Positions 36,601 through 50,352 are shown, numbered from the whole stretch's first letter. The stretch is DNA of 63,221 bases, filler included, from Rhabdomonas costata (GCA_019059605.1; 52 parts of 52 records of this genome joined end to end with filler, not necessarily neighbours in it); one strand, 5' to 3'. The notes: generated by a model not told the origin, from the letters alone. Translations and numbers: made by a program.

Positions 36601-38179
36601 CCGCATGACCATCCCAAATGAAAGTGGGGCCCCTCCCCTCCCCACTCTGGCACTGTGCTAGTACTTTGTGAGAACGTATGTGCGTTGAGGCACTGGCTCG
36701 GGATTTGCCAGCCCGTTCTGCGAGGCGCTCCGCTTCCGGGGGTCGGGCGCAGCTCCACTCCTCTGCCTCTTATATGTGCACATTGCTGCGGAGAGGTACG
36801 ATCTCGGACCAATGGTAGCAAGAAAAAGCCCCCGTTCTGGGACCGGGGTGGTTCCTTGGTCAATGCAGCCCCAAAACCATATGTGCGGATTGGATGGGGC
36901 GATGTTACTCAGGTCGACCTCCAGACATGCCTACTTCTACCGACCACCAAAAAGGTGTGAAGGCAAAACGAGGAACAACAAAGCAAAGTGGGAATGACCG
37001 AGGGCCGAAGAGGCTGTCTCCCCCACGCACACATGCACACACTAAGAGACACACTTCGACGCCGTCTAAGTTGCGGTGCAGCTGGCTCTCCAGGAACTTC
37101 TTGCCCGCCTGGCCCAGCCGCTGCTTGACCTTGAACCACGTATTAAACCGGAACAAGACCTCCTGCAAAAAAACAGAGTGATGAGCGAACGCGCACACCA
37201 AAGATGAATTATCTATGATATTACGGTGATACGGTACCAGAGCCCCACCCACACACGGGCCTGGGGGGCACACGGAACGGGGGTTGGCTAAGGCGGCATC
37301 TCGCGCTGTGGGGCTTGTACCGCATCTGGGACTCTACGCCGTCCGGGTGGGATGGTGGCCTTCGCTGCGCTCGTCGCGGAGGGGGCCACCCTTTGCCTAC
37401 CCTGCTGTCTGCCTGGCTTGCAAGGCCCTTCCCGTGCCAATGGAGTAAGTGGGTGCGGTAATTAACTTCCCGTCATGGGTGTGTCGGCTGTCTGCGCGGG
37501 GAGTCACTCGTCCGCAGCCATGAACACGGTAGTCGGTAGTGCTTGCATTCTTGGTAGCGACTCTTACAACGAATCTCCTATAATGACACCATAAGTGCTG
37601 GCCACGCTTGTACCGCCCAATGTGTGTGGGGCAGCATCGCATTCAACGCTGCCCAACCACANNNNNNNNNNNNNNNNNNNNNNNNNNNNNNNNNNNNNNN
37701 NNNNNTTAATTAATTAANNNNNNNNNNNNNNNNNNNNNNNNNNNNNNNNNNNNNNNNNNNNTGTTGGTTGGTTCAGCTTGTGGATCAACCATCAGATCAT
37801 CAGAGCCTTTCTTTCTTGCTGGAATCTCACCTCCCTTCCTTTTTTATGTTTGAAGTTGCTGCTTGGCCACCTCCGGACGTTCTCGTGAAGAAAGAAATAT
37901 TGGTTTATCAAAAGAAACGTGGTTCAAGGATGGCCACCGAAATAAAATCCTCTATCTTTAAGAGATGGGAAATGCTGGTTTGTCACAGGTTGGTTCAGCT
38001 TGTGGATCAACCATCAGATCATCAGAGCCTTTCTTTCTTGCTGGAATCTCACCTCCCTTCCTTTTTTATGTTTGAAGTTGCTGCTTGGCCACCTCCGTGC
38101 TTCGGCTGTTCCTATCCTCGCAGGTCCGCTGGTTCTGCTTTAATCTCTTTCAGGCACGCTTTTTTGCCACCCTCGAAGA

Positions 38180-38680
38180 ATGTCGAAGGATCAGCGGAAG
38201 CGGAAGCGTGAGTCGGCGCTGACCAGTTTTTTCCGAGCAGGAACAGTTGAGGGAATGGATGCACTTAGCTTGACCGAGTCTTCTACCGTAGTTAAGTCCA
38301 GCTACAATCCTTCGAGAAAGGGAATTTTGAAAACTCATCCTATTTTGAAAACGGCGTCTTCTCGCACAAGCGGCGAAGACCAAGTTCAGGTCTCGCAGAG
38401 CCCTCATCACCCGCAGCAACAGACTCGCTGCTTTAGTCCAAAGAAAAGGAAGGTATCGCGCTTGTATATTTTTTTGTGTTATTGTGAGTGAGCTGAAAGT
38501 GAATTCCCACTTTTTTTTTCCCGCTTTCCGGCTTGTTCAGGTGGTTTTTGACGAGAAGACACTGAGCGAGCTGGAAAAAGAGAAGCGGCAGGATCCCCCA
38601 AAGCGACGTGTGGACGAGCACAACACTCCTTACCATGATACCTACCATTCGCTTTCATCGGACGATCGAGAATTCTTGGG
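38180..38680 (+). CDS. PPP1R2: Protein phosphatase 1 inhibitor-2 family; exons 38180-38452 and 38541-~38680
   Basis: KGILK (SILK motif), K|VVFDE (RVxF-type) and VDEHNTPYH (IDEPxTPY motif) occur in the canonical order. Confidence 0.75.
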
Positions 38681-39210
38681 TTTTATGCCATTTGATTCTC
38701 ATCTTTGTTCCTTAACTCTCATGCCCCTGGTAAGAAATGAGTGTTTTTTATAGGAAAGGGTGCCGCCAGGGTTCCACCGTCCTCCCACCTGCACTTCAAC
38801 TTCAACGTCCAGTTCAACTTCACGCGTCCCCAACTGTCTTCGAAAATGTTCCGCGAGAAGCGTAGAGACCCACACAACCNNNNNNNNNNNNNNNNNNNNN
38901 NNNNNNNNNNNNNNNNNNNNNNNTTAATTAATTAANNNNNNNNNNNNNNNNNNNNNNNNNNNNNNNNNNNNNNNNNNNNGGTGTTTTTTTACCTTCAGAG
39001 GCCAATCTTCAAGCTCTCACAAAGAAGACTCCGCGCATATCGTGTGTCCCTAGTGTTTCTTTCAAACGTCCCAATTCATCTTTTCTCTACGGATCTGCTT
39101 GATGTTCCACACCGTTCGTTTCAGTCTAATGGACCCCATACCTGACCTCATACCTGGTTCCTGGATGACCCTCTCTTACCGCCACATTGCAGTGACATCG
39201 ATATGCGTAC

Positions 39211-39645
39211 CGTGACGGGAAGTCCGTCCTGCATGTTAATCCAGTAGTTGACATTGTTGAACAGGCTCTCCACCTCGAGATACTGGCTGGCCTGCTTCAT
39301 GGGGATGGCATCCCCCGTGGAAGGCTCTGTGTGGCAACCAAACATTCGAACAAAAAAATTAGAGAGGGGTTTTTGGTGTGACGCAGTTTTCAGCGGATGA
39401 GTGGAGTGGGGCAGCTGACAAAGTTGCCTACCTGCCTGTCGAGCTCTGCGGGTGTTGTCACTCACTGCTTAAAACGGCCAAGGCAAGCCAAAGCGGTGCA
39501 TAGCACCGCGCTCCACAATAGGTCGGAAGCACAGGAAGGGGGCATGCACACCGATAAAGATGTTACCCTGAACCTCCCGCTTTCCAGGCTGCACCAGGAT
39601 CCAGCAGTGCAAGGGCTTTCGGTAGGCCGGGTCCGGCGCTGCTTC
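39211..39645 (-). CDS. DRC7: Dynein regulatory complex subunit 7 (CCDC135); exons 39645-39552 and 39326-39211
   Basis: DPAYRKPLHCWILVQPGKREVQGNIFIE|PSTG...YLEVESLFNNVNYWINMQD; phase-1 GT-AG intron. Confidence 0.85.
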
Positions 39646-42144
39646 CTAGATTTGGAGCGGAAAAATCTTCGCCATCATCATGGGGAAGCGGAAAACCGAC
39701 TTGCGTGCGTTTCCAGAGAGTTGAGATTCTTCTTGATCTCCTTGCTTGCTACCCCACCTCTGTTTCCCTCATGTTAGGTTGTGTGCGAAGCTTCCTTCCT
39801 TTTCTTTCGTCTGTGCGGTACCAAATGCACTTTGTTTTTTTGAACCCGTTAGCACACCACACAGCTATTTTTTGCCGCCCTGTTCCCGCCGTCAGCGCCT
39901 TGCAGTGCCTTTTTTCCGTGCATCCATGGGAATTTAGCGTTCTGCTCTGAATCCCTTTTCCTTTCATGAGTAAACACGTAAGGCACGAAACAGCAACAAT
40001 ACTGCAACGATTCTTTCATTCCACGCCTATCCCTATTTTTTTAGTGCTAGCGGACAACCCACGGATGAGTAGCCACCCCACACCAAACACACCCACANNN
40101 NNNNNNNNNNNNNNNNNNNNNNNNNNNNNNNNNNNNNNNNNTTAATTAATTAANNNNNNNNNNNNNNNNNNNNNNNNNNNNNNNNNNNNNNNNNNNNTGT
40201 TGGGTGGGCACTGGCTGTTGCCTGGTTGACTGGTTGCCTGGTCGTTGGTGACCACTGTGGGCTGACTGGCGCACGCGCTGTTGGCCACGGGTGCTCGCGA
40301 GAGGTGCCGTTGCAGCGAACGGCGCCGTGGGGAACCGGAACCGGCTCACCGCCGAACGTTCCACATATGGTAACCTTCAGCCCCACGGGTGTGTTTTGAG
40401 GGGTTTGTGCTGCTGCTGCTGCTGCTGCTGCACCCTTCCCGATGGAAGCGCATGATGAGGCACGGGGTGTGTTTGTGTGCGTTTATGTGTGTAAAACCAC
40501 GGCCGGCGTATAATTCGAGCGGAGCCGAACGCACGCCGCATTCTCGCGGCTCTTCACGTGCCTCGGGTCTCCCGACGCACACATATGCAGCGTGCATGAT
40601 GCATGATATCAACCACACCGCACATGCATGCTCGCCCCGCCTTGGCACAGGAGTGTCTCCATTGTCCCGACCTTCAATAGAGACGGAGGAGGCAAACGGT
40701 GAGCAAAGAGGCGGGAAAAGCCACAAACTACAAACTGCCAAAAGCACAAACAAACCCTTCGCAGACGAGGACTTCTCCTGGACAGAAACCTGTGTGCGCG
40801 CGCGCACGAGGCTCGGGCGCAAGTCGCGATCGAAAACGGCACTGTTCTCGAGATGCTGGATTCTCCCTTTGTTTTGTGTCCCGGGCTTACAAGGCCCTTT
40901 TCACTGGTCAACATTGTTAACCGAATATACTCGGCCAGGTCGCGGTTTGCCTCTGATTTCCTCATGAGCAGCGCTGGCAGAGTGCTGAATTTTCGGCTCG
41001 GCTCACCCCTCTTCTTTGCTCTGTGTATTCCACGTGGCAACCGATGTAGCGGGTGTGGAATTGGGGCTCTGCAGAGGTTGGGGGAGAGCGGTCACTGTTA
41101 CCAGTGACACCATTTTCCTCCATAGCATATTTTATGTAATCGTCAGAGCCCCCAGGTCACGTTCACACCCCAGTCGCCCACTCCGGCCACGTCGCGGACT
41201 GGCCTATGCCCCAAAACAAATTCTACTCGTCCTCCCATATCCCACCCATGGGCGAGTCCTCAGCCAGCAGTGGTTTTCAGCACCATTGCAAAAACAATCA
41301 TCTAGGGGGTACTCANNNNNNNNNNNNNNNNNNNNNNNNNNNNNNNNNNNNNNNNNNNNTTAATTAATTAANNNNNNNNNNNNNNNNNNNNNNNNNNNNN
41401 NNNNNNNNNNNNNNNCTCCTGCACGCTATGAACAACGAACTCCCACGACTTGTGTGCGCAATGGCGTTCCCTGCTCACGGGAAAAATTGAAGGGGGGTAA
41501 AGCAATTTTTCATAAATCACAATAATCAATTTTTGTGGTGCTCCTGCAGGAGAAGCACGAACCCCGACCTTGCAGGTGGTTAGAGGGTATTGTAGGTACT
41601 TTGCGTGGGTTTTTTTGGTCTCAAATGCCCCAAAAAGAGGTTGTTTGGTCTCACTGGGGGATCTGGATATGCAGCCGGGAAGGCGAGATGAGAACGGGTT
41701 CCGCGGAGACCATTCGGATGCTGCTGCGCTGAATGCACTCTCACTGTGTTCATTCCATTAGATGTGCTGTTTGCTTACCTGTTCAGCCCTGGAACCCGGG
41801 GTCTCGGTTTCTTAGGTAGGTACGTGTGGGGGATGCATCTCTCTTAACAGTGCCCTTCAAGACTGCAAACATTTGCACAACAGTCTTTCCTCCAGAACTG
41901 TTTCAGTCCCCTGTTTACCTTTGGACAAAAGTCCTGCTTCTCTCTGGGCAAACTCAAGCCCCAGGCTTTGATAAAAAGCATTCCAACACGACTCGGGAGC
42001 AGGGGAGGGTGGGGGGTCAAAACAAGGTACAACCAACCTTTACAGAAACAAAAAAGATTCCGGATTCCACTACGAATAAACCGAAAACACGAAAAAAAAA
42101 AACAGGCATCTACCCCATTAATCGAACAGGAAGAAGACAACTAC

Positions 42145-42533
42145 CCCATCAGTCGAACGAGATTTTGGCAGAGGCAAAGCCCAAGCCCGCAGCCAGGTGA
42201 CGCTCGCGTGTTCGTAGTCGTACACGGGCTCTGGTAGAATGGCACAAACAGCTTAGGCAGCTCCTCCTCCGCGATCCCAACCCCACTGTCCGCAACGCTG
42301 AACTCCACACGGCGCCCCTCCTCCGAACCCGGAGATACGCCCCCCGCAGGTCCCTCCTCCCCGGCATTGGTGGCGCCGCAAGCGCTCACCGCGATCCTCC
42401 GTGGACCACTCACACCCTGCACCGCCTGGAACGCGTTGCACAGCAGGTGGGTCAGCACCTGCTTCACTCGCCCACGGTCCGCCACAACCACGGCAGCGGT
42501 CCCGGGCTCCACAACCAACTCCAACGCGATGCC
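42145..42533 (-). CDS. Histidine kinase HATPase_c domain exon
   Basis: DRGRVKQVLTHLLCNA (N box), FSVADSGVGI (G1), KLFVPFYQ (F box), GCGLGLCLCQNLVRLMG (G2); donor |gtag. Confidence 0.88.
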
Positions 42534-42633
42534 NNNNNNNNNNNNNNNNNNNNNNNNNNNNNNNNNNNNNNNNNNNNTTAATTAATTAANNNNNNNNNNN
42601 NNNNNNNNNNNNNNNNNNNNNNNNNNNNNNNNN

Positions 42634-42747
42634 AAGCGACAATGTCCCGGGACCTGTCGGGCAGCAGGGAGGTTGCCACATGTGGAATGTTCGGCGATGA
42701 GTCGGTACTCCATGGCACCTTTCGCTGCAATGCTCTTGCGAGCACCC
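42634..42747 (+). CDS. Possible cyclic-nucleotide-binding domain exon
   Basis: EVATCGMFGDESVLHGTFRCNALAST resembles GxxFGExxLxxxxxRxxxxxA. Confidence 0.3.
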
Positions 42748-44240
42748 GTGGGCCCGGCCCTTCAGTCCATAGTGGTCCCCAACAGGCAGTCAGGCAACAG
42801 CCAACGCCCAGCACACCCACATACACACGCTGGAATGTACAAACACGCGCAGTGGCGGACGCGCTCGCGGCCCACTGCCCGGTGGAGCCTGCATTGCGTG
42901 GACAGTGGAGCCCCACCGTCGTGCCCGCTCAAGCCCCCCGGGAGCACCGGTTCAGGTCGGCGACGAACTTTTCTTTTGTCTTATCGTGCGTCTTTGTGTA
43001 CCCTAAAAGAGGTCACTCAACGTGTGAATAGCCTTCCATGCACCGTCTGTTTGGGGTAAGAGGGGCCGAAATGCCCTACTCGTGGGAACGTGGGTATGTA
43101 CCAGCGGGAGGATGCCTTGTCCACACAATCCGACAGATCGTGTGAGAGCCTCTCTCCGCATGATGAGTGCATATCATACCCGACACCGACCATGATTCTT
43201 CATCTTTCATCCTGACTACAGACTTTGGATCAACTCTGCCTTTGATGGAAGGTTGTCTTTTTATTATTATTATTGTGTGGTGAGGCTCGGAATTTTGTTG
43301 GGTTGTTTCCATCTCCAATCACAAGGCAGTCCTTCCTGGCTGTAATCGATTTTCAAGTCGATTTTCAGTTGAATCGAATTTTCAGTTGTCGACCTGTGAA
43401 GCTGTACTCCGTGTTGCCGTCTCGCCACAATTTTGAATTCCTGTTGCTGGCATTGGCCCCAGGTAGGGATCTTTCCCTGTGGCTTTCTCATACCGTTCAC
43501 CGTGTAGGCATGCGTCAGCATACGTTCTCCCGTGTCATTTCCGATTTATTTGTTACCTGCACTACAGAAGCCGAACCCCTACAAAGTCTGCCTCACAGGC
43601 TGTCGCGACCTGTTGACCCGAAACCGTCCTGTGCACAGGTTCTGAGCGACGTTGGCTCACGCAGTGCGAGGCGGGGCCGCCTGCGCACCGCGGCCCCTGC
43701 TCTCTGCAGCCTCCCCGCCACCGCCGGCATTACGGCCCCTTACACCCACCCNNNNNNNNNNNNNNNNNNNNNNNNNNNNNNNNNNNNNNNNNNNNTTAAT
43801 TAATTAANNNNNNNNNNNNNNNNNNNNNNNNNNNNNNNNNNNNNNNNNNNNGGTTGTTGGGGTGGGGGTGGAGGAGGCAGAGGCCGGGAACTCATCTGGA
43901 GAGAAGGGTGCTCAGGTAAAATGCGAAATGGAAGGAGTTATACCTTCTGTGGAAAAGGAGCCGGATTGAAGACATAGTGTCAGCCAGCTGCTTCCGCTGG
44001 TCTTCACAGAAGGAGGGCAAAAAAAGAAAGGGAAATTCTTTTCAAAACAAAAACACGTCAGAACTTGCGGTTTGCCGGCCATAATTCAACACTACCGCCA
44101 TGAAAGACAGCAGCCACGGTTGACAAACTTGGGATTCCTTCACTGCTGTGATGTTTGAGTATGATGCGCTCTTTTTATCCTCCAGATTTAGGGCAACATT
44201 CTTCCTATGTGTATGGGGAAAAGTCCAGATATGACAGAAC

Positions 44241-44949
44241 CTTGGACCCAGGATCGGAGGATTCCTGGGGTGCCGGGGCCATCCAGAAGTCCAGGGGAAG
44301 ATGCTGTGCCACAAACCCAGAGTGCTTTCGGGTGAGGTCGGTCCCGAACCACCGCAGCTGAAGCAGCCACTCCTGTTGAAAGCCAGAAAGCGAATGGTGC
44401 GGGGTCTGAGAGTTCAAACGTCAAAAATAAGGAAGGGGATACGACCGGTGTCAGCACCGGAAGAGAGGGTTTAGCCGAAGCCTGGGGTCTTTTTCTACAC
44501 ACAAGAGCCTCCTGTACAGAGACCGTCAACACATATCGCGGAAAGACACCAATGCGAATATGGTGCCAGTGCCCGCCCCTCCCCCCACTTTTCGGCATTG
44601 CGGTGAGAAGGCAATAGAACTGCCGTAGAGTCTCACGCAGTCATATTACAAGCTTCGGTTTCCGTTGTATTTCCGGTGTATAAACAACCCGTACCAGAAA
44701 GAAGATCCCTTCCACGCCACCACACACCAGCTCAGAACTGACGTCAAGAATAGCGTGGAGCAGGCCCAGAACTTCCCTCAGAAGGTTTGGGTTGGAGTCA
44801 TCAAGGGCCAGGCGCAGCGCGGTGGCATACTCCGCGGCGCGGGGGCTGCCCACCAGCCAACCCAGCACTCCATCCGAGACCTCCCGCTGGCGGTCTTCCA
44901 CGCACAGCTGGGAAAGCACCCGCGCAGCAAGAACCCGCTGCGCCACAAC
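44241..44949 (-). CDS. RPAP1: RNA polymerase II-associated protein 1-like; exons 44949-44728 and 44372-44241
   Basis: VVAQRVLAARVLSQL...ALRLALDDSNPNLLREVLGLLHAIL resembles the RPAP1 (RS)xVxxQRxxAxxxL...LRxxLDD region. Confidence 0.55.
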
Positions 44950-45136
44950 CTGAGAGACACAGAGCCAANNNNNNNNNNNNNNNNNNNNNNNNNNNNNNNN
45001 NNNNNNNNNNNNTTAATTAATTAANNNNNNNNNNNNNNNNNNNNNNNNNNNNNNNNNNNNNNNNNNNNGGTTTGGTGTGTACTTGCGTAGCTAGGTGATT
45101 TCTGCGTCCAGTTCCGTGCCGGCCTTGCCCCCACAG

Positions 45137-46175
45137 GTTTGCAACGGGAGCAGCGCAGTCTGCCCTGCTACCCTGCTCTTGCCCAAAGGCACGAGCTGTC
45201 GTGACTCCCTGGGGCGTTGCGACGACACCGAGTGGTGCGATGGGTCTTCTGCGGAGTGCCCGCCAGACAAAAAGCTCACTGAACTCTGCCGTGGAGCTGT
45301 CTCCGATTGGTGCGACCGGCCTCCTCTTTTTTTCCTATCGCGTCGTTTTACTCCTCGGAGAGTGACCTGATTTCCGAATAAGGAATCGGGATTGGGGGGA
45401 GGCGAGCTTTTTCTGCAGGGAGCAGCGACTCCGCTTGTCGTTATCCTGACGTTTTGTTGTTGTAGCGATCTTCCGGAGTACTGCGATGGTACCCATGATG
45501 CCTGTCCACTTGATGGGAAGGTGCCCATCGGCACCGTCTGCCGGAAAGCCGAGGGTGACTGCGACGTTGCGGAGACCTGCGATGGTGAGACCAACTACTG
45601 CCCCTTCGACGTGAAGCTGGGTCCGGACGTTGTGTGCCGCAAGTCGGCCGGAGTGTGCGACGTCGCCGAGGTAGGTGGCTTCTTGAATGCACACCAATGC
45701 GGGTTGGTATCCTGTCGAATAGCGTCCGTGCGCGAGATGGGTTTGATCGTTGCATTTTCCCATTTTCTCATTCGTGCAGACTTGCGACTCAAGCTCCGTC
45801 ACTTGTCCCCCGGACGCCAAGCTGGTGCTGGGCACCGTCTGCCGGGCCAGCGCCGGGGATTGTGACCCGGCCGAAGTCTGCGACGGCTCTGTGGACACAT
45901 GCCCCGCTGACGCCCTGCGCCCGAGCACCTTTGAGTGTCGGGCTGCCGCCGGGGTCTGCGACAAGCCCGAGTTGTGCACGGGAACCAGCGCCCTGTGCCC
46001 CGCGAACGTCCTGGCGAGTACCACAACGGTGTGCCGGTATTCCGCAGGGGTCTGTGACCTCTCCGACCGGTGCGACGGAATCAACGTGGACTGCGGGGTG
46101 GATTCCAAGGTTTCCCCTGGGTGGATCTGCCGCAACTCCTCCGGGGTGTGTGACACCCCGGAGGTGTGCGATGGG
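45137..46175 (+). CDS. Tandem disintegrin-like Cys-rich repeat protein; exons 45137-45309, 45466-45670, 45780-contig end
   Basis: Seven complete and two partial ~32-aa units CRxxxGxCDxxExCxGxxxxCPxD; phase-consistent GT-AG introns. Confidence 0.85.
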
Positions 46176-46285
46176 ACACAAACAANNNNNNNNNNNNNNN
46201 NNNNNNNNNNNNNNNNNNNNNNNNNNNNNTTAATTAATTAANNNNNNNNNNNNNNNNNNNNNNNNNNNNNNNNNNNNNNNNNNNN

Positions 46286-47277
46286 TGTGTGACCCCGCTG
46301 CACACTGGTAAGTGCCTGCGCGTCACCGCTTAGTGTGGTGTTGCAATTGCTGGGAGCGTTAGCTTTTCTTCAGCAGCGTCAGCGAAGAGGGAAAGTGCGC
46401 GGTGAGAGAGGGTTTGTTAATTGTTGCTGAGGATAGCGAGAAAAATGAGCGCTGGACAGGAAGAGGTATGGAGCCACAGAATGCCCTTACAGGAAGTTGC
46501 CGTTTCGGTAGTTCTGATTCTTCAACATACATACGCCTCGATCTTCTTCTATACCGTTTGATATGGTTTGCAGACACCCACAGCGCAACGGTAGGGCTAT
46601 TTTCTTTTATTTGGTGGTGGTGGTGGTGGGGCGGAGGATTCGATTGGACTTTGCCCAATACATGGGTCTTGTCCACAGTTGTCCTCCCAGATTCCGCCCG
46701 TTCTTGTTGTTCGTTCTGACTTTTCTTTTTCTTTATTTTCTTCGTTTCTTTTTTGTGGCCGTTCGGATATCCACTTGTGCGTGGAGGCAACTGTGCATTA
46801 ACTGTCTGTGTGTGTTGGGGAAAGGTGGATCGGATATGCCACTTTGTTCTTGCATTCAACGAAAGCCTTGACATTGACAGGTGGCAGGTGGGATTTCCAT
46901 GGGGGCCCATTTTCTTCGGAGTTTAAACTTAAGCTTCTTCAATTAACCATCCGTTCATTCGGTATTCTTATTGGCACTTGGGTGGTCTTGCAGCGGTGGC
47001 TCGTATTCGGGAAGTGCAGCGGCTGCGAGTGAGCAAGCCGGTGGCGAAGCTGGCCTACCACCCCGAGGTGGTGGTGCACACACTGCTGCAGGCCAAGGCG
47101 GACCCCCTGCATACCACCCGCTCTGGAGCCAACGCCTTCCAGCTGGCGCTGGGCCCCGAGGGCAAGGTCTGCGTACCCGGGCTGGACGTCCACCACGCCC
47201 GGCTGCTGCGCGCGCAGTGGGCGCAGAGCTTGATGGCTCACCCCATCGGGGGACCATCCGTGGACCTCAGCTGGAAG
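46286..47277 (+). CDS. Divergent ankyrin-repeat protein; exons 46286-46307 and 46994-47277
   Basis: VTPLHTA|V...HPEVVVHTLLQAKADPLHTTRSGANAFQLAL. Confidence 0.55.
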
Positions 47278-48735
47278 GTGTGTTGTGTTGCTCTTCTCAA
47301 ACCAGCACATTTCTCGCAAAAACCATTCCCTTCCACACCTCTTGTTCATTTTTTCTTTGCTACTGTCCTTGTGCTTCTGCCACAATGTTGCTACCACAAC
47401 CCNNNNNNNNNNNNNNNNNNNNNNNNNNNNNNNNNNNNNNNNNNNNTTAATTAATTAANNNNNNNNNNNNNNNNNNNNNNNNNNNNNNNNNNNNNNNNNN
47501 NNTTTGGTTTGATCTTTTCTGATATTGAAATCATACCCTTACCCCCTCCCCCACACGTGCTTTGCTTTCTAACCTCTATAAAAGTTCACTTTTATCTTTT
47601 TCGAAATCCGACTGAAAGCTCACCTATTTCTCTCACTGTCACATACGAGCTCAACAAAAAAGATAAAAGTGAACTTTTATAGAGGTTAGAAAGCAAAGCA
47701 CGTGTGGGGGAGGGGGTAAGGGTAGGATTTCAATATCAGAAAAGATCAAATCAAAGCACAAGGAACACCACTGGTGAGGCATATGAGGAGACACGTCAAT
47801 CCATAACAACCTCCAAAAAGCGGTCCACAATCATCACAGGGTGGGTCACAGGGTTGGCCTTGATAATGATGATGACAAACAGGCCATTGCGCTGGCCGAT
47901 CGCGACCTCATACAGTCCAAATGCATTAACCTGTAACCACAGCGGCAGGTGCAACTCCAGCAAGAGAAGCAGGGGGTGCCAGATCCCAATCAGCTGTCGC
48001 ACGGTCAATGTTACACTCACCATCCACTACTACCACCACCATAACAAGAAAAGGACTCAGCAGGCCAAGCGACAAGGAAGAGCAGCTGGTTCCATGAAAA
48101 AACATTCGAGATGGATTCTTTCTGCGCACAAACAATCTGGTGAATGATGCAAATTCCCATTCCATTTTGAATGCACTATTATGAGCTGTCCCCCAAAAAA
48201 CCAGCCGATCGAAAACCTGCCCAGTAAACATTTTCCAATGCGCACAGATGATCAAGCATTCTCGTTTCGGGCCCAAATATACCTGGCTGCACGAGCCGAT
48301 GAGTTTCGAATGAAAAAATGGAATTGGGCCTTTTTACCGGAACGCAGGAAACGACAGGGCGCTAGTGCTTGAGCTCAGCTCAGAATTGACTTAACGAAGG
48401 AGAGGTGCGACAAGGAGATAGCGAATGGGCTGGAGCAAAAAGGGCGAAGCAGGAGCGGGATATTTCTATTATGCAGTAGCCCTCCCGAAACGCCATGTGC
48501 CGGTCCTTTTTCGGCGTGCATGTGCGCCCCAACGAATTACCACGGACCAGGTCATGGAGCAGTCCCCGGTCGGCCGTGGAGAAGGGCTCTGGGAAGCGGT
48601 AATTCGTTGGGGCGCACCCNNNNNNNNNNNNNNNNNNNNNNNNNNNNNNNNNNNNNNNNNNNNTTAATTAATTAANNNNNNNNNNNNNNNNNNNNNNNNN
48701 NNNNNNNNNNNNNNNNNNNGGGGGGTGTGACGTAC

Positions 48736-49628
48736 AGAGCTCATCGTGGGTCTGGAAGGTAGAGATCAGCTTTATGATGTTGGGATGGTCCAGGGAGCGC
48801 AGGATGTTCTTCTCGTTCATGACATGATGCACCTTGTTCTCGGCCAGGATCTGCTGCTTGCACACAATCTTCACTGCAAACCGCTCCCCGGTCGTCTTGT
48901 GGGTGGCCAGTACCACCTATTCAGGTTTTTTTTGGAGGGGGTGGGGGGGAGTGAAAAGCAGATTATGATGCCCGTGCCGCCGCAAAACGGAGAACCGGAA
49001 AAAGTACACCACAATCTTAATTGATGCTATCCGCGCCATCTGAAAAGTGAGAGTTTTTGAGATGTACTCAATACTCAAAAGGAGGCGCTTTAACGTTACA
49101 AGCGATATAACTTAGGGAAGAAGTTTGCCGTGGAATTTTTGTTGAATCAACTCAAAGGGTGTGCCGGTCTTCTCAACCATTCAAACACTCCTTCCACCAC
49201 TACTCATCAGGCTGTAAAATATTTTTGCATTCACGCAAAACGCCGTGTAGGGATGCACATGGATGAAAACCGAACAAGAACGAAGGCACAACTCGACCAA
49301 GTTTGGAAGCAGCCAGGAGCGCGCAAAAAAACCATTTAGCAACGCTGAAAGAAACTGCACCGGTACACATATGGTGGGAAAAGGCCGGATGAAAAGAAAG
49401 CAGTGCTTGCTGGTACTACTTGCTCGCATGAGAAAATATAAGTGCAGAGCAGAGCGGTGGAGCCCCCACTGTCCCACAGACCCGGCTGTATGAGCCGTGG
49501 CCCAGGACATTGCCGAACTCAAGGTTCTCCTTCTGAACCTTCTCCCGGGAGGGCCGGCAAGACCTTGAGCCGCTACCACCACCACCACCACCACCACTGC
49601 TACTGGGAACAAGGGGAGGCTGGCTCAT
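48736..49628 (-). CDS. PDK1: AGC kinase, PDK1-like; exons 49628-49482 and 48916-48736
   Basis: LEFGNVLGHGSYSR|VVLATHKTTGERFAVKIVCKQQILAENKVHHVMNEKNILRSLDHPNIIKLISTFQ; the GxGSYSxV and I..ENKV..V..E segments are PDK1-typical. Confidence 0.8.
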
Positions 49629-50352
49629 TTCCAGAGAGATACTCGCAGGGCAGGTCGTTCCGCTCCCTCAGCTTGGCACCACCGGTGCATCAGAAGCCGG
49701 AAAATAAATCAGAATCACAGAGTCGGCACAGAAAAAACGCACAAGGACAGATCCTTTCCGAGGAGGAAGAAAGGGAAATATTGTACCACCAGACTAAAAA
49801 GAATGCCACACACCGGCACAATGGTAACAAACGGTNNNNNNNNNNNNNNNNNNNNNNNNNNNNNNNNNNNNNNNNNNNNTTAATTAATTAANNNNNNNNN
49901 NNNNNNNNNNNNNNNNNNNNNNNNNNNNNNNNNNNACAGCAATTTTCATCACTACTGCTCGGCACTCCGTCATCTCCAGGCAACTTATGTCCCCAACCAG
50001 GACTTCCCCTGTTGAACAAGGGGGCCAGAGTTGCCTTCAACTAACGCCTAAGACCAGCGTGTTAGACCATGGTTTGGATTCTAGCCGACCTTGGTACGTG
50101 ACAGTGTTCCAACCAGTGGTCTGCCTTCTGCGTGTGCGTGTGATTTGGACTCGTGTCAGGTGAGCAGGTTTGCAGGTGTAAAACCTGATATTATGAGAGA
50201 GCGCATTCAGTAACCTTCACCTGTCCCCCTTTACCAATCTTAGTTGAGCCCGAAACTTCTCTTGTTCTTACGTAATCGTGAAGGTGAAGAGGACTTTCGT
50301 CGCTTCGTTTTCGGTACTTTTTGTTTTGAGTTGGCGAATGTCACCCCAACAG

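Noticed and set aside
37766..38097. Identical ~110-bp direct repeat (period 222) at a contig start as LTRs
   Set aside because: Perfect identity, location at the contig edge and absence of TG..CA ends or internal coding point to a template-switch or assembly artefact.
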